A stretch of 61,833 bases of DNA, counting the filler, from Choristocarpus tenellus KU-1152 (Eukaryota; Protista; Phaeophyceae): NCBI GenBank assembly GCA_964200185.2. It is 10 parts of 10 records of this genome, joined end to end, with 100 filler letters (N's around TTAATTAATTAA, not from the genome) between each part and the next. Parts side by side here need not be neighbours in the genome. Positions count along the whole stretch, not along the records: positions 53,644 to 61,833 come from CAXNAD020005025.1; 9 more parts are not named here. One strand, given 5' to 3'. This document shows, piece by piece, positions 54,755 to 61,833 of the stretch. A program made the translations under genes and the position numbers. Position 1 is the first letter of the stretch; every line of letters starts with the position of its first letter. Under the pieces are notes generated by a model. It searched no databases. It worked only from the letters and a program-made list of their open reading frames with translations, and was not told the origin of the DNA.

Positions 54755-57700
54755 CTCCTTCTCCTCCAGCTCCAGCAATTCATCCTGGTACTGCTCCTTC
54801 GCCTAGAATTACACAGAAATCGAGCCAAAAAAGAGAGGAAAGTGGTGATGATCTCAACACGCCATGTCCCTCTTTGATTGGGTTGTCAATATCTTCATAT
54901 TAACACACTAACCATCAGACTGCATTTATGTACTTACTGCGTAGTATATACCTTGGGGTGCTTGTTAAGACTCTATGTGTCACAACTCCTTTTTTTTCTT
55001 TAATGCTAAAAATAAAGAAGAAGTGAAGTAGTCGTATAGAGGCATTGCAGCCCCAACTCACTCTCCCTCACCCCACTGTAATGCTACACCACATACTCAC
55101 TTGGATAACCTCCGACAGGTCCACTGTTCCATAGTCATGATACTTGACATTCTTGAGATACGCCAAGACTGTGAACCGATACTCTACTTCCCTGCATACA
55201 GGGTTGCCCTTTTACCAAGCAACGGTCAGGGCAGGGTGGTACTTTGGGTCAGGGAAAAATTGTTTTGGCAGCAATGAGGAGGGTACACCAGTGTGTAAAA
55301 CAGGGAAATTCCTGCTGTACTTCACTTGTAAATTTCTGCACAAGAAGTGAAGGTCCAGTGTTTGTGGAAAAATATCAAACGGACTAATTATGTGGGTGTG
55401 CTGACTCAACCTTTCATTATCTTAACCTGAGCCAAGATTGGGGAGGTCTCATGGACTACGTTCTACTTCAAAGGAATTCAGGGTGCCGGCTTGTAGCATA
55501 CAAGTTGATAGGAAACATGCATGCTACCTCAAGAAAGAGATTGTGCTATATCCAAATATTTTGGTACTGTATGAGTGTTTGTGTGTGGAAGCAGGTATGG
55601 TTTCATGGAGCTTTGGGTGAACGTATGGGTGGTGTTTGTTTGCAGTATTCTTGACTATCAAAAAGAAGTCACATATCAACAGATTATCCATACTCTCAAT
55701 CTCCTCATCGGGTTGACAGAACCCTCGCCTTCAGCTCTTGCTTATGTTCTTGAGGTATGTGATGCATTATGTTTGCAAATTGTGACACTGGCGAAGGGAT
55801 GAACCTCCCCATAATGCAGAGTGCATTATTATATGGTGGCACTGTGATCCCAATGCCCAATACAAATATAAAGGAAGAGGATTGGCAGTAATGGGAGGTT
55901 ACAATGCAAATGTGTTTTGTTCACTCAACGTTGTGTATAGGTCACCTCTTGGTGTAGATAATGTAGTAAGAAAAATTCTCAACATATCCTGCACGCCTCT
56001 ATATTGGTATCACTAGCTGAAAGAAAAAAATGAAAGGCTTTGATTGAATCGAAAAAGGAAAATGAAACGTACAACAGTCACCTCTAGGTTGATGAGCTGG
56101 AGGGTAGGGAAACTCCGAAGCCGAATTATACTGTCCAGGCTGGAAATTCGATTGTTCCCCAAAGAAAGACACTGAAGCTTTGTGCAAGAACTCAGGCCTT
56201 CAATCTCTGCAATCTATTGATGAGGGAAACAGGGCCGGAGTAAGTTTTTCCTACTTCTTTCCCATCATCCCCTCAGTAGCATAAAAGCAATTGGCAAAAG
56301 GTATACTCCCTGCTGCACAAGTGGTTGTGTCTTTTGAGCGGGAACCTTGCACGCTCAAGAACAGTGGGTGGGTTGTTGTCTCAGGGAGGGGCCCAAAGTG
56401 AAAGGTAGATGATTAGGATTTGTGGGGTGGGGGCCCTACAGTGGATTTGAAGTTCAAGTTGTTCTTTATGTATGTACACGATTTGCAAACTCTCTGCGAT
56501 AACAAGAGACTATTGGCCTGTTATGTGATGCAGGGGGTATTCAACAGCATAATTGTATAGGTGGTGAAGACAGAGTTTGCTGCAAATGAGCATCTGGTTC
56601 TAGAATTCACTCTCCCTACACTTAGTTGCTTGAAGTATTGGTCAAGGATTACAGGTAGGTTCTACCTGGTTATTGTAGAGGCTCAGATCCATCAGCTCTG
56701 TCAGCTTGTCCAATCCATCAATGATCTTGATGTTGTTGAAGGAAAGGTCTAACCACTTCAAATGGATCAGGTGCTCAAGATTGCTGGGCAAGGGAGGGAA
56801 CAAAGATAATCACTCCAGTAGCCATGAAACTTTATGTAGGTCAACACCGATTTAAGCGCACCACCTACCAACTAGCAAGCACTGCTGAACTAGAGGGTAA
56901 TGGCTACAGTAGTAACCCCAAAAATGTATTTTTTCGATTCATACATTTTCGTATTACTACTGTGGGTGACAGCTTAGTAGGCCAAGAGGTGCTCTTTGAA
57001 GCTGTATGTTTTCTTGACGAGAGACTAAGGTAGCAAAGCTACTGATCGTGGATTTGAACAACGGAGTGCAAATCATTGCAATGGGTGTAAGGTGAGGTGC
57101 TATTTTGCTTGGGTTCCTATTCCAGCAACCTTTCGAATGTAAAGAGCCTTAAACACAACAAGCGCTACACACCTGATGTTCTCGATAATGTTGTTATCCA
57201 GACAAAGCCTTGTTAATTTTGAAAACCCGTGCAGGTTGTCAATCTTGAGTATATTCTCGTAAGACAGGCACAGCGTTGTTGCGTCTGCCACAACCTGCGT
57301 TCATATTGGGTGCAAAGGCAACATTGACCCATCAACACAGGTTCTTGTGGTTGTGACGGAGTGGAACCCAGATAGTTGTACACCACCTCCACTTTCAAGC
57401 GAAAGCAGTTAAGAGGAACCATAAGCAATTTTAATTCGGTGTGCATCTCGGTAAACTAATTCTAGACATAGAGGACCAGTACGTGATCGTTCGTTGACCG
57501 AAGAAAACTCTTTTTGAGGTCGTAGAAATTAAAATCATCTCTTCTAGCTCATTTCGTTCTTCTCACAAGGGTCAAGAGAAGCGGATGCCGCACTGATCTT
57601 ATGACGTGATCTCTGGAATTGTTAGCCGACCTCATTGACCAGTGGACAAAGAGCTGGCGCATGCCCTTGCCTGGGCAAGCTCGAAGGTAGCCATGGAAAA

Positions 57701-57894
57701 TATGTGCTGGTTGGCACCGAAATTCTCTATCAGTGCCGCCCCGATGAGATCTTCATCGATCACGGCTGAGTCGAGGTGGCCAATACCCTGGTCGGGGATG
57801 TGTGAGAAATTATTAGGTAGAATTCTGAGGTAGGAAGAGCAGTAGGGTGAAATATGGACCTTGAGCATCCTACCAATGCGATCTTTCTGTGCAT
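54755..57894 (-). CDS. DRC3: Dynein regulatory complex subunit 3 (LRRC48), 5' part, 7 exons
   Basis: Exons 57894-57874, 57787-57671 (GC donor), 57294-57173, 56783-56666, 56213-56082, 55208-55101 and 54802-54755. They give …VIDEDLI…[51 protein letters not shown]…LSLGNNRI…NLEGNPVC…[17 protein letters not shown]…[16 protein letters not shown]: SDS22-type LRRs, an LRRcap and the start of a coiled coil. Confidence 0.88.
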
Positions 57895-58489
57895 CTTCAA
57901 GCCACCTGACTAGATTCCAACTTGCTCTTGCCCTCCCAAGAGTGCACCGCTACAGATGAATACAACACAAATACCAAGGAAGCGCTTGGCATATGACCTT
58001 TATGTTACGCATGATGATGACAACCTACAACCCAATGTTGGCGGATGTGGACTTCAGGCACTATCGTAGGTTTTATCTCTCAAGACTTCTTGCTGACGTT
58101 TCGTTGTTTTCATAAATCCTCAATGTCGCGCGCAAAACGCGCTTTTCGTGCCATAGGTAGGGTATACGATGACCAGAACCACAGAAGAAACATCACATCA
58201 CATACCTTCAGATTGCTTCCTTACCCACATACCAAGTGATTCGTATATTTTGGTACATTCGTGCTCTTTTGTTCCATCCATTATGATCATTCTGTGATCG
58301 GCAGTTTTGTCCCATTTGTTGTCCCCATGACGTACTACAAGTTGAAGTCTAAGACTTGGTTAGGCTGTATGTAACAACTCCATCACCTGTTTTGTTTTGC
58401 TCACGAATTCTGGATTATAATTATTAACTTATTCCTTGTTTGTCATTCCCCTATTTTTCCATTCCTTTCTCCTTCCCCATGTATTCCCT

Positions 58490-58770
58490 CTTCTGACCAG
58501 CCCACTGCAACCCCTTCACCACTGGTTTCCTATTTACCCCCCATGAGATGACCAACCAGTGCGACCTCTTTCGTCACTGATTTTCAGTCACCCCTCCCAT
58601 GAGATGACCAACCAGTGCGAACCCCCTTCGTCACTGATTTCCGGTCATCCCCCACATTTGATGACCAACCAGTGCTACCCCTTCGTCACTGATTTCCAGT
58701 CACCCCGCCCCCCATCTGATGACCAACCAGTGCGACCCCTTCGCCCCTGATTTCCAGTCACCCCCCCCGA
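58490..58770. repeat. Tandem array of 56-58-bp imperfect-hairpin repeats (4 copies plus 1 degenerate)
   Basis: GATGACCAACCAGTGC starts at 58547, 58603, 58660 and 58718. A degenerate unit lies near 58493. Confidence 0.9.
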
Positions 58771-58931
58771 CCCTTCAACCCCACAGCAGTTCCCACACCA
58801 CTCAACACCACTCCACAATCATCCAAGAACACCCCTTCATAATCCACTTCTTACCGTGCCTTTGAGCTAGAAGACATCTACCCCACCCGAACTTGACCTC
58901 CCCTCCCCTTCGGGGTTGATCTCTCTCTAGC

Positions 58932-60030
58932 TCATCCCCTTACCTCCTGCCCTGGTTGGACCCAATCCTTCCTACTCTCTGCCGACCCGTTTGAAACCCA
59001 CACTGGGTCCCTCTGGTTAGCCCTTACGTATACCATAAATACACTCGACTTCCATCTCCCCTTCCTCTGTATTACTAATTCTGATACCCCCATGGTCGCC
59101 ACTCTCGTAGCTCCCCCTACCCTACCTGAATGCAAGGCCTACTCCTCTGGTTTTAACTTGAGTTCCTTTACTATTCTCCTCAGGACATATGTCGCTTGGC
59201 CCCTCGTGATCACCTTCCCTCTCCTTGCCTACATGTCATCCGTGGGGCGTCAGGGGAGAGTTCTGGGAAATATTCCATGATAGCCATTACCACCTCCCAA
59301 CCTCCCACACTTTCTTCCCCCCCTTTTTTCTCCACCTTAAACCTGGTCAACACTGCTCCCTTCCTACCCTGGTCCCCTTTTGACCCTGTGAACGTTACCT
59401 CGAATTTTTCTGCTTGGTGTCTATCCTCCCACCTCACTCTTTCCACTCCTCTCCTCCAGACTACATCCCTCCTTCTTACTGCACAATCTCCATGTACTCC
59501 CCCTCTTCATCATAGGCCCACAACTCTGATGCTCTGGTTAGAAAGAAAGCGAGAAAACCCAATCCTAGCCTCCTCAATTTACCTTCCCTACCTAACGTTT
59601 CAGTGCACTACTTCGTTTCTACAACATTCTCCATGTCAGCGGTCTCCACCTCTTAGGCCCACTCCCTACTTTTGTGTGGCTCCTCCCTATCCCCTTTGAG
59701 CACCTAGTGAGTCCTGACATGCTGTGTGGGAAGTTGAAAGTTAGGAAAGTGTTTGTGGTAATATTGGATTGTCGCTATCTTACCCTTAACTGTGCTTACT
59801 TGGTTCCCCCTAATGCCGCAACCAAAACACATCAACTCTGCTAGGGCCTTCACTACGTCTATCTCTCTACTTCTAGGTTCTAACCACCTACTCAATCCTC
59901 TATATGTACGGAACTCAGACCATTGGTCCCAAGCTGTCTCATAACACTTCTATGTCTATCCCTTTTGCCCTCCCATTTTACCCGCTAATCTACCCAGACA
60001 GTCCCCTTTCTGGCGTAAACCCAGTGGGTA
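58932..60030 (-). mobile_element. Decayed tyrosine recombinase ORF of DIRS/Ngaro/Crypton type, with internal stops and frameshifts
   Basis: T*KCYETAWDQWSEFR…STVKGKIATIQYYHK…VLKGIGR…RPLTWRML … TFTGSKGDQGRKGA … ALHSGRVGGAT…IQRKGRWKSSVFMVYVR. The catalytic K, HxxR, W and Y positions are recognisable. Confidence 0.85.
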
Positions 60031-60348
60031 CGCCAGCCGCGAAATGAAACCCCAAGGCAGACTTGCGGGACTATGACCCACCTTACTTTCTTTATATATA
60101 GATAGATTTAGAGTAAAAATTACCACACCCAACCAAGCCAGGTTAATGCGAATTATTTTGGGGGCATTGTTTATTGCGCCCGCATAAAGTACAGTAAAGT
60201 CGTTGTTGGGTTCTATCACTTGCAGCTATGTCTCCTCGCACTTGGTACCCCATTTCCTGACTACTCACACACTTCTTGCATGTCTGAAACGATGCCTCTT
60301 CCTTTTAGTATTATCATATATATATATTTACTGCTGAATAGTTTGGGA

Positions 60349-61226
60349 TGGAATCTGTAATGCTGAATGCTTTGACGGGTTTCAGGTGGTTTTGATTATG
60401 GATTTCAGAGGTCTACCCCTCCCACACAAACACACACCCCTCTGTACCTTCTTGACCTTCACCTACCTTGGCAGGCTTTTAGAGATCAGCTCCATCTAGT
60501 TTCTGTACCGTACCTGTATTCTCAAGTTTACATTCCCACCCCTAGTCGAGGGTCAACCCATTGTTCGAACATTGTTCATGCACACTCCTCGACATTGCCT
60601 TGCGTGATCTGGTAGGGGTTAGTCTAGATGGGTTGCGTAAGGGCTAGGACATGTAATGGCCATGTGTTAGTCTAGATCAGTCTTGGTACCCCCAATTCTT
60701 GGCTAGCCACACACTCCTTGTATTGACGATGTTAAACTCCCCTTAATTTTTTCTAGTGGAATCTGTAGTTCTTAATGCTTTTACGAGGTTTCCGCTGGTT
60801 TTGGTTAGGAGTTTCATAAGTCTATCCCCCCCCCGCCCCGCTGCCCCTCAACATTACCAGTGTTGATATCATCACATTTGCTTGGAGTGTTTAATCCAAA
60901 ACAGGCCACTACCCTCTAGTCTTTGGAAAAAGGGAAATATCGATCATCCGACCAAGGCATACCTTTAAAGCGACTGTCCTTGATAAGATACATCTCAAAG
61001 TCTCTTGCATATGCCCCCCCCCTGCATATTCTTCAACTCCTCTTACCTTGAAAGACTGTTGGAAATCACCTCCATCCAACATCTGTGTTATACCTGTATT
61101 CTCACGTCCACCTTCCCGCCCCTAGTCAGGGATCAATCCATTCCTCAAACATTGTTCATGCACCCTCCTCATTATTCCCTTGCGTAATCTGGTAGGGACT
61201 AGTCTGGATGGGTTCCGTAAGGACTA
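60349..61226. repeat. Two diverged direct copies (~60349-60650 and ~60758-61226) of an unclassified repeat; the second carries an insertion
   Basis: Both copies share GGAATCTGTA…AATGCTTT, TACCTGTATTCTCA, CCCCTAGTC, AACATTGTTCATGCAC, CCTTGCGT.ATCTGGTAGGG and GATGGGTT.CGTAAGG. Confidence 0.75.
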
Positions 61227-61833
61227 AAAAGTGGATTGTGCATTATTGACCTGGATCAGTCGTAGCTGCTTGTGGATTGACTCGAGTGTGAGACCTTCAT
61301 AGTTACATTATGTACTTAGGATCAGCAAAGTGTGCATTTTTTTTTTTAGATGGTTTAGGGCTCACCTAAACAAATTACGTCTCCCTAAACACTTCTGTGC
61401 CAATAATTACAAGTATATATATATTGAGGGGATTGTAGCATATTATTCCTATATGTTCCTTTCAATTGAGCACATCTATTTCAACTCCTTGTGCAACTCA
61501 AACTGTGGAGACGTTCATGCCATACCATTGTATGTAATTCACCACACTACTGTGACCTGAATCTCCCCCCTCCCCCCCCGGCCTTTTCATTGACTTGAAG
61601 TAATTATCCTCCTGTTGTACTATCTTTTTGTTTATCACTTTCCTTCACTGTGGCAATTTGTTCCTAAATATAGAAAGGATGCCCACAAAGACTTCTTTTA
61701 ACGGTCATACCTTTTGGTCCCTCTCCTTACCCCCCCTGTTTCTTTCCTCTTTTTTTTTTTACAATCTAAAGCCCTCAGATGTAACCTCCTATCTTAAACT
61801 GCAGCCCTTTATTCACACGGAGTGAAAGTATCT

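Noticed and set aside
58490-58770. CRISPR array, integron cassette array or hammerhead ribozyme
   Set aside because: There are no unique spacers or cassettes between units. CTGATGA occurs once (58716) without the GAAA/stem II needed for a hammerhead core.

Overview
Eukaryotic, intron-rich DNA made of ten separate contigs joined by an artificial 100-bp spacer (N44-TTAATTAATTAA-N44), so neighbourhood across spacers has no biological meaning. Contigs: 1-6228, 6329-12296, 12397-17844, 17945-27876, 27977-33541, 33642-37162, 37263-40958, 41059-50394, 50495-53543, 53644-61833. Spliced genes were rebuilt by hand from reading frame and splice sites: SNF1/AMPK-alpha kinase (5' part), head-to-head with a cytochrome b5-type sulfite oxidase (5' part); a complete CPYC glutaredoxin; the 3' end of a TM9SF/EMP70 gene; 12 internal exons of CAND1; two exons of PRP16/DHX38; a complete PDZ protein with a bipartite plastid-type presequence, head-to-head with an LCM-family methyltransferase; an uncharacterised GATase1-like gene; and the 5' part of flagellar DRC3/LRRC48. 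Inference: the host is a flagellate-stage ochrophyte, probably a brown alga or relative. The rest is mostly transposon DNA: two related MITE families with 4-bp TSDs (Sola-like), clustered 3' fragments of an RLE (CRE-like) non-LTR retrotransposon, hAT and mariner relics, and a decayed DIRS/Ngaro/Crypton-type tyrosine recombinase next to an array of ~57-bp hairpin repeats. The most notable observations are that recombinase plus hairpin array, the 22-bp fold-back at a retroelement 5' end, three GC-AG introns, and the MITE pair. I found no CRISPR array, rRNA or tRNA, and no demonstrably new system.
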